DNA of 64,000 nucleotides from Perkinsela sp. CCAP 1560/9. Lineage: Eukaryota; Protista; Euglenozoa: Kinetoplastea. Positions 11,031 to 22,490 of the stretch are shown here, in pieces. The notes under the pieces were generated by a model that saw only the letters and a program-made list of their open reading frames with translations, did not search any database and had not been told where the DNA came from. Location of the stretch: the NCBI GenBank assembly GCA_965644495.1, contig CBFFSA010000001.1:3348001-3412000 (forward strand), read 5' to 3'. Position 1 is the first letter of the stretch. Each line of letters opens with the position of its first letter. Both the position numbers and the translations under genes were made by a program.

Positions 11031-12740
11031 ATGTCTGGAGAGGAATTATTCTTTGAGGGTGTGGGTGTTCTTGAGCTTCGCCGAGAGAGGACTGCATCAT
11101 ATAATTCCTTGCAAGACAAGCCTCACACGCTTCTTATTGAGCGTGAGGAACATTTTCAAATCACAATTCTGGGTGCCAATGGAAAACAAATTTTGTCTAC
11201 CGCTGTTGACGAAGGGTTATCCATTTGTATGTACCCGTCCGCATGTGCGGTGGTTTTTCGCATCGGTTCACTTACCTACAAATTCACTTTTCACGAGACA
11301 AAAAGCTCAATCACAGACTTCTCTGAGTGTTATGACTGGGCGCTGTACTGCACGATCACGGGCCGCGAGGTGCCCTTTGTGCCCCCCTACCACAATGAGC
11401 GCCATGATGCAAATGCCTTTACCCCTTGCGAGGAAGACAAAGCCGACCTCACCTGGGCGGTCTCAATGATGACCCACCGCATGGATGTAGACCCTAGTGA
11501 GGAGGAAGAAGAGGACTGGGATGGGGGCACGGAAACGGCCCGATCCACCGGACTGGGCCAGAGCCATTGCTTTGCCGACTCCACCCCCTACGGTCGCGTC
11601 ATTGTAGCCAAGGAGCTGACCGGAGAGCGAGGCTGTGTGTTGGCGGCATTCCCTTACACCTCCGAAGGGTTGGAGATGGAGGACTCTGGGAATGCGGGGG
11701 TTCAGGAGTTCCGCCCTACCCCCCTCGCCAACAATTCCCCCAACACCGCCGTCGAACCCGCCCAACTCGTACTCACCGACGACGACCGCCACGTCCTCGT
11801 CCGGGACCGGTTCGCTACCCACACCCTCCATGACATTGACCTCACCACCGGGGTGGTGGTCGCGGACTACCACACCCACTCCGCCGGGGAGCCCTGGCCC
11901 CTACGCTGTCTCACCCCGCACCCCGGCCACACGCACGAGGCCCTGGTGACGTGTACCAGCCCCCAGGTCGTGTTCACCCTCGACCGCCGGCTCCCCTCCC
12001 GTCGCTGTGTCGTCCTCCCCCCCGGGCGGTCCCTCCCGGACTACGCCCTGACGCTACGCCCCGGCGACACCCTCACCTGTCACGCCACCAACGACGCCGG
12101 GTGTGTCGCCGTGGGGGACCGCCGGGGACGCGTCCGGCTGTACTCCGGGGCCCCGGGGTCGTGGCGGGACCCGGGGGACCGGGCCAAGGGGTACCACCCG
12201 AAGACGGCAAAGACCCTGCTGCCGGGGCTCGGGCACCCCATCCTCCACCTCGATGTCACAAGGGACGGGGGGTTCGTGTTGGCCACGTGTGAGAGGTACC
12301 TGATTGTGCTCTCGACGGTGTGGGGGGAGGGGGCGGGGGAGGGGTTTCGAAAGAGGATGGGGCGGCATAAGAAGTTGCCGGTGCGGCTGGAGCTTACGCA
12401 TGAGCAGGTGATGGCGTTGAACGGGATACAGAATGTGCACTTTGGTAAGGCCGTGTTCGAGTCGAATCCGAAAGGGGAGCATTGGATAGTAGCCAACGTG
12501 GGTAACTTTATTGCACGGTGGGACTTTGACTTGGTTCGCTCGGCGATTGAGGGAGAGGGTCCGTCCAATCCCCTGGTCAAGCCCTCGGTGATCCGTCAAA
12601 AGGAGCGAGTGCGGGAGCTGAGTTTAAATACGATAGACACGGGTGAAACACCACTCAAATATCTCACGGACCACACCATTGGAATGCGTAGTTACACTGA
12701 GGGAGCAGTGCAGAAAAAGTCGAGTAGGGTAGGCGACTAG
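11031..12740 (+). CDS. VID27: VID27/CYPRO4-family protein (C-terminal beta-propeller)
   Basis: Signature AKTLLPGLGHPILHLDVTRDGGFVLATCERYL and GFRKRMG; long ORF with ATG start. Confidence 0.85.
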   Translation: MSGEELFFEGVGVLELRRERTASYNSLQDKPHTLLIEREEHFQITILGANGKQILSTAVDEGLSICMYPSACAVVFRIGSLTYKFTFHETKSSITDFSECYDWALYCTITGREVPFVPPYHNERHDANAFTPCEEDKADLTWAVSMMTHRMDVDPSEEEEEDWDGGTETARSTGLGQSHCFADSTPYGRVIVAKELTGERGCVLAAFPYTSEGLEMEDSGNAGVQEFRPTPLANNSPNTAVEPAQLVLTDDDRHVLVRDRFATHTLHDIDLTTGVVVADYHTHSAGEPWPLRCLTPHPGHTHEALVTCTSPQVVFTLDRRLPSRRCVVLPPGRSLPDYALTLRPGDTLTCHATNDAGCVAVGDRRGRVRLYSGAPGSWRDPGDRAKGYHPKTAKTLLPGLGHPILHLDVTRDGGFVLATCERYLIVLSTVWGEGAGEGFRKRMGRHKKLPVRLELTHEQVMALNGIQNVHFGKAVFESNPKGEHWIVANVGNFIARWDFDLVRSAIEGEGPSNPLVKPSVIRQKERVRELSLNTIDTGETPLKYLTDHTIGMRSYTEGAVQKKSSRVGD

Positions 12741-13028
12741 GGGTTGATTCCACAGGTTTGTTCATGGTGTGTACATTGCTTATACTAATGCGGTATTGAT
12801 ATCACTTACAAACATTGTACAACTTTGTTATTTACGATGTTTATTTTTTGCTTTGCAGGGTCTGAAAAGGAAAAAGTATTTGTAACATTCTGCATAAATT
12901 TCTAATTATTGAATTCAATGCGTTTCGCTTTTACGTGGAGTTGCATCAACTTGAAAAATACCCACCTTTGTATTTCAAATTTTGTATGAAACAATAGTAA
13001 TATACATGTACGCTTCGGGAAGAAAGTT

Positions 13029-16000
13029 ATGGTAATGCATTCTGTATCTGTTGAAGACTGTAGCGTGCTCAAGCGTCTCGGACAAAGACTTACGCATAGT
13101 TCACTGATCGAGAGTGAAAGTTTCGAGCCTGATCTTGATGAGATTCTGAAGTTTCTTTTTTCTGCACGAACGCGTGCATTGCATAAGCACGTGTATGTTT
13201 TGATAGAACGTCTTTCCGAGGAATTAGGTTTACAACGCTACATTGTAAAGAAATTTTCCAATGCATTGGACCACTTTCTAGGCGAGACTGCTACTCTCTT
13301 ATCAAGCTCTGCACTTCACCATGAGCTTCAAGAAACGTTCTCCGATCTTGACTCCTTACTTTCTCCCTGTAAGCCAGTTTTTGATTTCGTGCTAGATTCA
13401 AAAGTGTTCTCTATTCTTTCATGCCTAAAGCATTTCACGTTAATACGTGCACAAGCGGATGCCATGCATTGCTTCTGTTCTTTTAGCTCCGAGAAAAGCA
13501 CTTTGCTTGGAAGCTTTCTACGCGTGCTCAACAGCGCTGTGCAACTAGGAAGGAACAGACTTGAAAAAACCAGACGAGAGAACTCTGAACTATTCTTGCA
13601 GGAATTTTCTCCTTTTCTATGCTTGCTGCAAAGCGTTAGTCAATGCCGCGTTTCCGTTTCTAGACAACACGTTCACTGTGCAGCCATGATCTACTCCCTT
13701 CTTCTACCTCCTTGGGTGGCCATAGATACAGGTAAATTTTTGCGAGTGCACAGCAACGATGCACGGGTAGAAATGTCGGAAAGAGTCCACTGTCCAACGA
13801 ATGTTACGACTCGTGATTGGAAAGACATTTTTATTGCACAATCTCTCACTGCAGTGCAATGTTGGACGCAATCGTTTACGTTTTCTTCCCAAATTGCACT
13901 GATGAAAGGCTGTATTGCGCTGCATAAGCTCACAAAGGACGCTTGTGCCTACGTTGAGTGCATTGTCACATGTCTGCAGAATCCAGACCTAGATGCCTCC
14001 ATGCGATTTACAACGCTGCAAGCCGTTGAACTCATTTTTAAACGAATGGTAGCGTCTGATACTTCACTTCTTTCAGCTCTCACTTTGCGGGACATCACCA
14101 CTGCGCTATTGGATCTCTGGGAGGAGAGTGGGGGTGCCTCCACCCCTACATTTCGGAACGTGGCATTCAGTCTGTGCGAGCGATTGGATCAAGCCAATGT
14201 GAACACGCCAAGGCACTTCATGCAAACAATGACAAAACTTACTGTAGTGCATCGGGGAAGATTTTCTGTTCTCTCTATTCTTGGTGAACGCTATGGCATG
14301 AAGAGACTGCTTGAGGAAGATTCCACGCTGCTGGAGACATCCATAAGTGTGATGTCTAAAGCTAAATTTGCTCACAGTGTGGGAGAGTTTCTTGTGACTT
14401 CTCTTCGGGGATCGGATGAAATGAGTCGTGCCGTGTTGTCGGGCTTGGACACGGCGACGATTAGTGATACCACTCTGCTGCACCTCACCATGCACCTCTT
14501 TCTACCACTCTCTGCCAATTCTCCGGATCTCATGAAGCTCATTCTACTCAAACTGTCAGAGAAGCCATTTGCCTATTTTAGGTTCGCGTGCCATCTGATC
14601 AACAAGCGGCTGAGTGTTTTCTGCTTGATTCGTCAAATGACCGGAAGTGTATTGTGGGGTGAGGGCCTCGTGAATTCGGACTTTAGAGTGAGGATGGATT
14701 GTATGAATACATTCGTGCGTTACTTTGGAAGGGAACGCTCAGCAATTTCTACTATTTTGCAGCGAAATATACGACAAGATGATTCATCCCACCGTAACGT
14801 ATGGATCATAGCCTTAAAAAAGTGGTCTCTTTCGAGTCAAGATTTAGAGCGCTATTTGTACTACGAACTACATAGACAACAATTTCCTGGTAATTCTCTT
14901 GATTCACGTTTGACTTACCTTCACTGCGGGCTTCATTTTACTAATAGCATCAAAAGCAGCGAAAACCATATCTCATTTATGTTTGCTTCACTATTGGAGG
15001 GCTGGGATCGAGTTCGAAATGATGCTTTTCATATACTCTGCGAACAGAAACTTCACCAATGTCACTTCGACAGTGCTGTAAAATGGGCCCAAATCGAAGG
15101 ATTTAATTCCGTGGTGCGGAAACGAAGTGAAGCGGCTTGTATGATTTTGTACCTTGCAGATAGGTTCATGACAGATAGCTCTTGTACATCATGTAGGCAT
15201 GAGGAAAGAATATGCAGTTTGCTGCAAGATATCTCTTTTGACATAGGCAAGGTTGCAAAATTTTCCAAATTCGGTGTCCATGCGAATCTTACCTGGATTC
15301 GTCTTCTAATACGCTACACGAAGAGAACGAGTTTTTCATCTGATGTTATAAACAACGTGATCACAGCCTCTTCCAGCGTACTGAACGCATGTACCTCATT
15401 GCTATCCAATGTGACAGAGACTGAGGATTTGTGCAACCCTAGCCGGGATTCGTTCATTGATTGTAGAGGACACGTCATTATTGATGGTTTAACGAACCTG
15501 GAACAACGTCACATCATAACGAACGCTTGGTTGGCAGTAAAAGAAGTCTGTGAATTGCTAGACGAGGTTTACAACGTATCAGAAATTATCACATATGAGG
15601 CATCCAAACGTGCATTAACGGAACTTTCGAATGCTCTGCTGCAAACTAAACACAATGGTATTATGTTTAAAAGCCGGCAAAGCCTTAGTGTGTTGGCAAC
15701 ATCTCTCCTACGACACTCCGGTTGCACTCTAGTGCTGAATCTGATGCAAGACCTTCTGGGTGCGAAAGGGGTGAGATCGATGAACGAGAGCCGCATTTTG
15801 CGACGCAGCCAAGGGTTACCCCACGCCATTGTTGGTCTCCTTGAGGCGGAGGATGCCTCCAAACCTCGTTGTCTTCTCTCCATGGCAATGGACGTGTTTT
15901 TCGAAATTACGTGTGAGGATACGGAAGTGGTCCAACAACATGTTGTTTCTGCTCTGCATGTCGTCAAATTTATTCTAGAAAGTTCCATATTAAGAGAGAG

Positions 16001-18125
16001 CACTACAATCTATCTTGAGAAGATACTTTTGATTGTGCTTCGAAACATCGATAGCGCCGAATGGTCCGTGCGTAATAGCTGTCTCATGGTACACGGCCAG
16101 CTTGTTTCCAGGATCGCGGGGGATCAAAAAGCGCATCGCAGTCTTACGTATTCACAATTTCAGGTACGCTACCCTGGCGTCGTTTCTCACCTACTAAATT
16201 TTTTATATCAGTGTAGCAGAGATACCGCGTTCTTATTTCTTTTGTTGTTTTCAACCCTTTCGACTTGCTGCACGCAGGCGAGAACAACTTCAACCAATTC
16301 CATGTTAGAAGCCTTATTCCCTCACCTGGGCTCTCCACACCAACTTGTACGCATGAAAGCCGCGGAAGTTATGCCATGTCTCATTGGTAGTGAAAAGGAA
16401 AGGGACACAATCATAAAACGACTGCTATCACTCCTTAACAGCTCAAACAAGAATAATCAACTACACGGTGTTCTCCTTGCCCTAACTCAATTACGCGTCT
16501 TCGTTCCTTTGAATTGGCACACGCTAACCTTGCACGTGGATAAATGCAGACTGAGAAGGCTTACAAGAATCTCCAAAAGAGGAGACATGCGTTGCCATCT
16601 TGATCAACTCTCTATTGAACCCAAAGTGAGACATCCTACAACAGGGTGCAGTCCTACCGTAGCCACGCAGGCACTACACCTACTCGACGCGATTCTTTCG
16701 AGAGAAGAATCCCCCGAGGGTCGTGTCTTTTTATGTGATCTTTATCTACACAACCTACACGCAATAGCGACACACGCGACGCTCGACCACTGCGGTACGG
16801 TTCCTGCGGATTATGATGCCTATGTGGTCGGCAACCTGTTTGGGGGCCTGCGAGGGTTGAAGCTTTTGCCCTACGCCACTTATGAACAGGAAGAGACAGA
16901 GAAATGTATTCTTACGTGTTTGTCGTACGTAATGCAAAGCAACGCGCCCGTCTCGAGAGAGGACTATTCAGTACTATGGCTGTATTTTGACTCCTTACCC
17001 ATACGTGTACAATTATCTCAGTGTGTGGATTGTATGTGGTGTTGGCAGTGTCTTCGAGCGGGCTACACGAAATTTCCTAAATATCTCAAGACGGACATTG
17101 CCAAGGCGTCACCTTTAACCCGTGCGATGTTGAGACTCTTCAAGGGTGAAGAAGATATCTGCGTGCTTCCTTACGAAACAAAGAGCTCCTTGCTACAACT
17201 CGCGGCACTTGCAAGAGCCACCGGTGTCACCCTCCCAGGAGTTTCGCCTTCCTCCTGTGAGACGCTTTGTGTGAAATGGTGCTCGGATGATTTTCCCCTC
17301 CCGCTTCGCATGTCCGCATGCGAGGCGCTTGTACTGTTAAGTCAAGAAGAGGGGAAACCGGATGGTTATTTTAACCGGCCCGCCTGTGAGGGTTTTGTAC
17401 AACTTCTCACCGATGAGACGGAGTGCGTTCGCCAGGCCGCATCTCGTGCCGTATTCACCAAAGGCTCCTACATCGCTGTGGACCAAACTGTACCCCAGAG
17501 TGACGGGGACAACCTCCACGCGTATGGTGTAACCGGCGTCATGGGTTTCCCCACAGCACAGGTAGAGGTGGCCTTGGAGCACCATTTCTACAACATGCTC
17601 GTTTCTAAGGTGTGGGAACACCAGGAGTGTAAGCTACTTCAGAAACTGATACCGCAACCATCGATCTTTGCTCCATCTGTAAAAGAGGATGTCATCTTTG
17701 ACGCCGAACCTATGAATATGTATCGAGAGGATACGCAACTTGCGCAGTTTTATACCTCCATCGTACGATGTGCGCTTTCGAGGGGGGCAAAGGGGCGACA
17801 CGCCGATCTTGTTGATTTTCTTGACCTCACCTTTAAGGAGTGGGGAGCGTATCTTGCACAAAATGCCTTTCATGTACCCTACGGTGCGACCTTTTTATGG
17901 GCAGAACCGTGGAATATAGTGTATCGACTACTTCTCCTGGCCTGGAGCACTTCTGCGATAACTCCCATGAGTGCTCTTCTTTCCCATTTGCCGTTGGATG
18001 AGGCGCAAGTTCTGCAAGAACCACACTTGGCCGTTTTGTGGAATCGTCGTGAAAACTGTGACGTGAGGGACGCGCTATTTTTGCTTTCCGAGCACTACCA
18101 TAGTAGGCTTAGAGGGATAGAGTAG
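13029..18125 (+). CDS. THADA: THADA/Trm732 (DUF2428) HEAT-repeat protein, partner of the tRNA 2'-O-methyltransferase
   Basis: 1698-aa helical protein with W-x-x-VKE, LLQTKHNG, RRSQGLP (cf. RRSAGLP) and WSVRNS. Confidence 0.82.
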   Translation: MVMHSVSVEDCSVLKRLGQRLTHSSLIESESFEPDLDEILKFLFSARTRALHKHVYVLIERLSEELGLQRYIVKKFSNALDHFLGETATLLSSSALHHELQETFSDLDSLLSPCKPVFDFVLDSKVFSILSCLKHFTLIRAQADAMHCFCSFSSEKSTLLGSFLRVLNSAVQLGRNRLEKTRRENSELFLQEFSPFLCLLQSVSQCRVSVSRQHVHCAAMIYSLLLPPWVAIDTGKFLRVHSNDARVEMSERVHCPTNVTTRDWKDIFIAQSLTAVQCWTQSFTFSSQIALMKGCIALHKLTKDACAYVECIVTCLQNPDLDASMRFTTLQAVELIFKRMVASDTSLLSALTLRDITTALLDLWEESGGASTPTFRNVAFSLCERLDQANVNTPRHFMQTMTKLTVVHRGRFSVLSILGERYGMKRLLEEDSTLLETSISVMSKAKFAHSVGEFLVTSLRGSDEMSRAVLSGLDTATISDTTLLHLTMHLFLPLSANSPDLMKLILLKLSEKPFAYFRFACHLINKRLSVFCLIRQMTGSVLWGEGLVNSDFRVRMDCMNTFVRYFGRERSAISTILQRNIRQDDSSHRNVWIIALKKWSLSSQDLERYLYYELHRQQFPGNSLDSRLTYLHCGLHFTNSIKSSENHISFMFASLLEGWDRVRNDAFHILCEQKLHQCHFDSAVKWAQIEGFNSVVRKRSEAACMILYLADRFMTDSSCTSCRHEERICSLLQDISFDIGKVAKFSKFGVHANLTWIRLLIRYTKRTSFSSDVINNVITASSSVLNACTSLLSNVTETEDLCNPSRDSFIDCRGHVIIDGLTNLEQRHIITNAWLAVKEVCELLDEVYNVSEIITYEASKRALTELSNALLQTKHNGIMFKSRQSLSVLATSLLRHSGCTLVLNLMQDLLGAKGVRSMNESRILRRSQGLPHAIVGLLEAEDASKPRCLLSMAMDVFFEITCEDTEVVQQHVVSALHVVKFILESSILRESTTIYLEKILLIVLRNIDSAEWSVRNSCLMVHGQLVSRIAGDQKAHRSLTYSQFQVRYPGVVSHLLNFLYQCSRDTAFLFLLLFSTLSTCCTQARTTSTNSMLEALFPHLGSPHQLVRMKAAEVMPCLIGSEKERDTIIKRLLSLLNSSNKNNQLHGVLLALTQLRVFVPLNWHTLTLHVDKCRLRRLTRISKRGDMRCHLDQLSIEPKVRHPTTGCSPTVATQALHLLDAILSREESPEGRVFLCDLYLHNLHAIATHATLDHCGTVPADYDAYVVGNLFGGLRGLKLLPYATYEQEETEKCILTCLSYVMQSNAPVSREDYSVLWLYFDSLPIRVQLSQCVDCMWCWQCLRAGYTKFPKYLKTDIAKASPLTRAMLRLFKGEEDICVLPYETKSSLLQLAALARATGVTLPGVSPSSCETLCVKWCSDDFPLPLRMSACEALVLLSQEEGKPDGYFNRPACEGFVQLLTDETECVRQAASRAVFTKGSYIAVDQTVPQSDGDNLHAYGVTGVMGFPTAQVEVALEHHFYNMLVSKVWEHQECKLLQKLIPQPSIFAPSVKEDVIFDAEPMNMYREDTQLAQFYTSIVRCALSRGAKGRHADLVDFLDLTFKEWGAYLAQNAFHVPYGATFLWAEPWNIVYRLLLLAWSTSAITPMSALLSHLPLDEAQVLQEPHLAVLWNRRENCDVRDALFLLSEHYHSRLRGIE

Positions 18126-18309
18126 GCTCAGTCGTCAAGTAACTAAAATTACGTTAACAGGACTCGACTAAATTTGTTTTTCAGGATTGAACTATTGTAT
18201 TCATGAAATAGGATTAATACATATGCCCAGCCAACTTGTTGCCCTATCATTTCATCTCAAAAAGTGAACCAACAACGGGTTTTGATTCCCCCTTTCTATC
18301 CCCTTTTCC

Positions 18310-19377
18310 ATGCCGCCCCGTCCCGTTATCCTCCACAAAGCGTACCCCCCGTTACGACGTCTCCTCCTCACCGAGCTTCGCACTCTCCTCCCCGCCCCCA
18401 CCTCACACCTCCGGTACCTACGACACCTCATGGACTACAACCTTCTAGGGGGCAAAGGTCTCCGGGGAGGTCTCCTGATCGAAACCTTTCAAAGTCTTAT
18501 TTCTGCCAAACAGCCACGAAAACCGTTTCATTCCCCCCCGGGCTGCCCCGCTGCGGCACTCAGCTGCGCGTGGGCGATTGAGTTTCTCCAGGCCAGCTTC
18601 CTGGTCGCGGATGACATCATGGACGGGGGCAGGCTGCGGCGGGGGAAGCCCTGCTGGTACCGTCTGCCCGATGTCGGGACCCCGGCTGCCATCAACGATG
18701 GGCTGGTGCTGCAAGGCATGATGTGGCGGTTGCTGGAAAATGGACTCCACCGTCACCCCCGGAGGGGTGAAATTATGGCAGCGTTTCAGAAAGCATTTTA
18801 CGCCACGACGCTGGGGCAGTTTTTGGATGTGCAGGTCGCGAAAAAAGGATCACGAACCGGGGGGTCGCTGCCGTCGTTTACGTTGGCGACCTACCGTAGG
18901 ATGGTTCGTCTCAAGACGGCGTATTATACCGTGTGGTTACCGTTTGTTGTGGCGTTGTCCTTAGGTGAGACCCGTGTCTCCTCTCAGACCATACAACAGC
19001 TTTCGCTCCTGATAGGGGAGTTTTTCCAAATACAAGATGATTTCTTAGACTGTTTTGGGGTCAAGGAAAAGACGGGAAAAACGGGCAATGACATTCCGGA
19101 GGGGAAGTGCACCTGGCTCGCGGTGAGGTTCCTGGCATTGGCGAAAGCGAATGAAACCGACAGAAACCGTTTCTATGCACACTATGGTAGAAAAAGATCT
19201 CATTCCGTAAGTTGCATTCGAAAGTTGTACGAGAAGTATGACATGCCTCGCCACTATTTCGTGTTACAAAATCGTTTAAATCGAAAAGTTCACCAAATTC
19301 TTGCTCAAATTCGTTGTAAAACGTTTAAGGATACGGTAGAGACATTTTGGAGAAAGTTACTGAGTCGATCGAAATGA
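18310..19377 (+). CDS. FPPS: Farnesyl diphosphate synthase
   Basis: GGKGLRG, FARM FLVADDIMD..RRGKPCW, GQFLD, KTAYY, SARM FQIQDDFLD and GKCTW. Confidence 0.95.
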   Translation: MPPRPVILHKAYPPLRRLLLTELRTLLPAPTSHLRYLRHLMDYNLLGGKGLRGGLLIETFQSLISAKQPRKPFHSPPGCPAAALSCAWAIEFLQASFLVADDIMDGGRLRRGKPCWYRLPDVGTPAAINDGLVLQGMMWRLLENGLHRHPRRGEIMAAFQKAFYATTLGQFLDVQVAKKGSRTGGSLPSFTLATYRRMVRLKTAYYTVWLPFVVALSLGETRVSSQTIQQLSLLIGEFFQIQDDFLDCFGVKEKTGKTGNDIPEGKCTWLAVRFLALAKANETDRNRFYAHYGRKRSHSVSCIRKLYEKYDMPRHYFVLQNRLNRKVHQILAQIRCKTFKDTVETFWRKLLSRSK

Positions 19378-19536
19378 ACGACATAGACGCGAATTGGTTC
19401 TCTGGTGTTGACAGGCACAGTATTGCTGTCGAAAAAAGTATCCTCTTTCTTTCTTCTTTATAATATGTGTTTATCGTATGTGATCCTAGGAGCAGTCTAT
19501 CTTCTCTCAAATAAGCTTCTTTAATATTTTATTCTC

Positions 19537-20298
19537 ATGTGTGATGCCGATGGCGTTGATTCTAATTTGGGATCCCTTTTCTACATAGAGGAGCCTGCGA
19601 CTACGTACAGTCCAGTAGAGCACACGTATTGTCTCCAAGGCACCGATATGACGTTGCGCCTAACAACAGAGACACGGCACCACAGTTTATGGGGCCACAT
19701 GTTATGGAACGCAAGTCGCGAAACATCAAACTACCTTTCCAAATTAGGAAATGAATTACGTGGTAAATCTGTGGTCGAATTGGGGGCCGGACTGGGACTC
19801 CCTTCTCTTGTGGCCCAACACTGTGGGGCATGGCCCGTAGTAGCCACTGAATATCCAGAAGCAGTTCTTCTGAACAGATTACGACAAAATGCAGATAGTA
19901 ATGCGCGAGATAGCGTAAAGATGCTCGTTGAACCTCTACTTTGGGGCGACGCTGAACAATTGGAGAAGGTTCTCGCCCATACGAATGGAAATAAATTTGA
20001 TTTTGTAATTCTTGCAGATCTCGTTTTTCAGCATTTTTGTCACGATGTTCTGGCGAAATCTATTGCACAGTTGCTCGCGGTGGGTGGTGTAGCGATATGT
20101 GCATTTACTCATCACAATCCTAGAAAAGCGCACAAAGATATGTTGTTTTTTCAGAAGCATTTACCTGAAAGTACTCTTAATAGTCACTTTGTAAGTTCAT
20201 CAACCTATCCGGCGATGTTTCCATCGGATGATGGCGATCTGAAAATGCGGAGCACGGTTCATCTTTATGAAATCCGGCACAAGATAGAATCCGAATAA
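19537..20298 (+). CDS. EFM7: Methyltransferase-16 family protein, EFM7/NNT1-like
   Basis: LWGHMLWNA, ELGAGLGLPS, LLWG, ILADL and FTHHNP..AHKDMLFF. Confidence 0.8.
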   Translation: MCDADGVDSNLGSLFYIEEPATTYSPVEHTYCLQGTDMTLRLTTETRHHSLWGHMLWNASRETSNYLSKLGNELRGKSVVELGAGLGLPSLVAQHCGAWPVVATEYPEAVLLNRLRQNADSNARDSVKMLVEPLLWGDAEQLEKVLAHTNGNKFDFVILADLVFQHFCHDVLAKSIAQLLAVGGVAICAFTHHNPRKAHKDMLFFQKHLPESTLNSHFVSSSTYPAMFPSDDGDLKMRSTVHLYEIRHKIESE

Positions 20299-20499
20299 TC
20301 AATTTTATTGGTGAAAGGGGACTTTTTTCCCCCGAAAAAAACCTGATTTTTTTTCATGGTGGTTTCTCAAACAAAATTTCAGTATTATCCAAGCGAGTGT
20401 TTAAGCATCATACTTTTGCTACTTACACGACTCCGCTCTATCATTTTTCCTTGCACAGGCTGTAAAATGTATGACAGTATCACTTTTTGTAGTTGGGAA

Positions 20500-21560
20500 C
20501 CTTGGATGACGTCATGCTAGAAGCCGTACGATGTGAATTGAGGAGTTCTTGTAATCCGCTGTTTAAGGAATTTGAAATTATTGTCCAGGCTCAGAACACG
20601 GGCCCCGTGTTCCAGTAAATCACCAAATCTGGGCCAGAACGATGCAAATGTTTTCCTGGACAGACCTTGTGATGCCACGGTTCGTTGCTGATGTTGACAA
20701 TGCTTCGGCAAGTAAGGCAGGTCCACGTGCTAAGGGATCGTTGTTCCCTTTCGCACGGGATTCCCGCTTTTAGACACATTTCATGAAGGAAGCGCACCAA
20801 AGCATTGTGTTTCGAAGTAGCGTTGAAGCCTGAACAACGTACGCAACCGGGAATGTGAGTTAGAATGTCCTTGCTGTTGAAGGTTGCTTCACACCCGGGA
20901 CATCGAACGTGCTTCGGGAGGTTCGGATGTGAGATGCCTAAACGAGGCATGACTGCTAATTCGAAGTACGGAGTTGCAACATAACGAGCGTTAGAGGTGA
21001 GCCAGTCGGAGTTTTCTCGATGCGAGGTAGCCTTTAGTATCGATTCGAATTCTGGATCGGCCATTAACGCTACTCGTTTCGCGTCGTGTAGGAGATCGGC
21101 TGAGGTGGCATCATCGGTGGGCGGAGGTTGTACGCTGTTTTTATCTTCGAGAATATTGGATTGAGCTGAAGAGGAAATTTCGAGCTCAAATGCCAAATGT
21201 CTAGAAGAGAGGTATGCAGCAGCACGTGTCGGATGGCAGGCAATTACGTTACATACATGCATATGGGTTAAAGCAGAACATTGGGAGCTATCGGACCCCA
21301 ATTTTCACAAAGGTCACGACGGGAAAGAATGTCAATATCACGGTTTTCAAATAAGGTGCGATATATATTATTTACCACGTGAATTGCACAACTGTTTTCA
21401 CCAGAACCTTGCTGCGGACAACACATTAAATACGGCGAAGAGTCCGTTTTAAAAATGTTCACATAGACGATCTTTAAATTGAAGGGAATGATGGAGGGGA
21501 TAACGAGCTCCGTCTCCTGTTTTCCAATTTTGGTCGTAGAACTCCACGCAACACCATTAG
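20500..21560 (-). mobile_element. Degenerate C-terminus of an RLE-type non-LTR retrotransposon (CRE/SLACS/CZAR-like)
   Basis: ORF 20591-21301(-) has SDWL, RLG, a zinc knuckle CPGC-x11-H-x3-C, KHNAL (RHN-like), E and GPDLVI endonuclease motifs; it is truncated and frameshifted. Confidence 0.8.
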
Positions 21561-21627
21561 CCTAAAAGCAGAACAGAAAAAAATTGAAGTTTCGCTTCTA
21601 ATTTTGTAAATTTTTCATTTTGTTTAG

Positions 21628-21736
21628 AAGCGACAGATAAGTAGGGGGGATCGACGAAAAAAAATATTCGAAGGGCCGAAAAGCGACAGATAACTAGGGG
21701 GGTGGGGGGTGACAGATAACTAGGGGGGGTACAGTA
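21628..21736. mobile_element. DNA-transposon terminus with three GACAGATAASTAGGGGGG subterminal repeats, ending GGGTACAG|TA
   Basis: Three copies of the motif; related inverted terminus at 24433-24486 and degenerate copies at 33142-33175. Confidence 0.55.
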
Positions 21737-21827
21737 ATAGTGCTTCGAATCGTACTGTACATTTTATAGATTAATATTGGAAATTTATTGCCTTTATCTA
21801 TTTATCCATGGAGTCTAATCACACAAG

Positions 21828-22181
21828 ATGCTTGTAGGAGCGCAAATTCGATCTAAGCTGCACAGACCTCGTGCACTGGAAGCAACAAAATCCATGGCAC
21901 GAAGCAAGCAGGTTGCCTTGCACGCTCGAATTTGTTACGGAAAAAGAGTTGACGCTCAGAGATTACGAAAAGAACATACTTTTCTCATGGACAACAATCA
22001 GCTTGCATTTCGCTACCAACGAGATGTTCACCAGCATCGCATTGCAGATCTTCGCAAAGGACACTCTAGAGACCCAAACAAAGGAAAAGATATTCTTGAT
22101 CACTTTGCCGCAATTGAGGCAAAAAAGCAAATCATGAAACAACGGAATAGATCCTTGTACAGCGGAATTTATCCAAGATAG
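21828..22181 (+). CDS. Hypothetical basic protein, 117 aa (possibly mitochondrial)
   Basis: ATG-initiated ORF on the coding strand with protein-like composition; no recognised motif. Confidence 0.6.
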   Translation: MLVGAQIRSKLHRPRALEATKSMARSKQVALHARICYGKRVDAQRLRKEHTFLMDNNQLAFRYQRDVHQHRIADLRKGHSRDPNKGKDILDHFAAIEAKKQIMKQRNRSLYSGIYPR

Positions 22182-22490
22182 CTCTGAACTTCGTTATCCA
22201 TTCGTAAAACGCATCCCGGAGTTTGGAACTAATCATCATTTAACTGCTTACTTTAGGCTGCATACATATCGATTGTCTATCCACCACGTTTTCTCAGCCA
22301 CATCGTTTTTGTCACATGATTTTCTTATTTTCTTATTTCCACGAACTCTACCCTTTTCTCTGTACGAAAACTTTTTCTCCCCTCCCCTTTCTGCTCCCCT
22401 CCTACTCTGTATCCCCTTTCCACCCCTCCATTACTCCAACACCACCACCTCCCTCCCCAGTAGTTCTTTTCTCATCTCCTTCTCCCTCCC

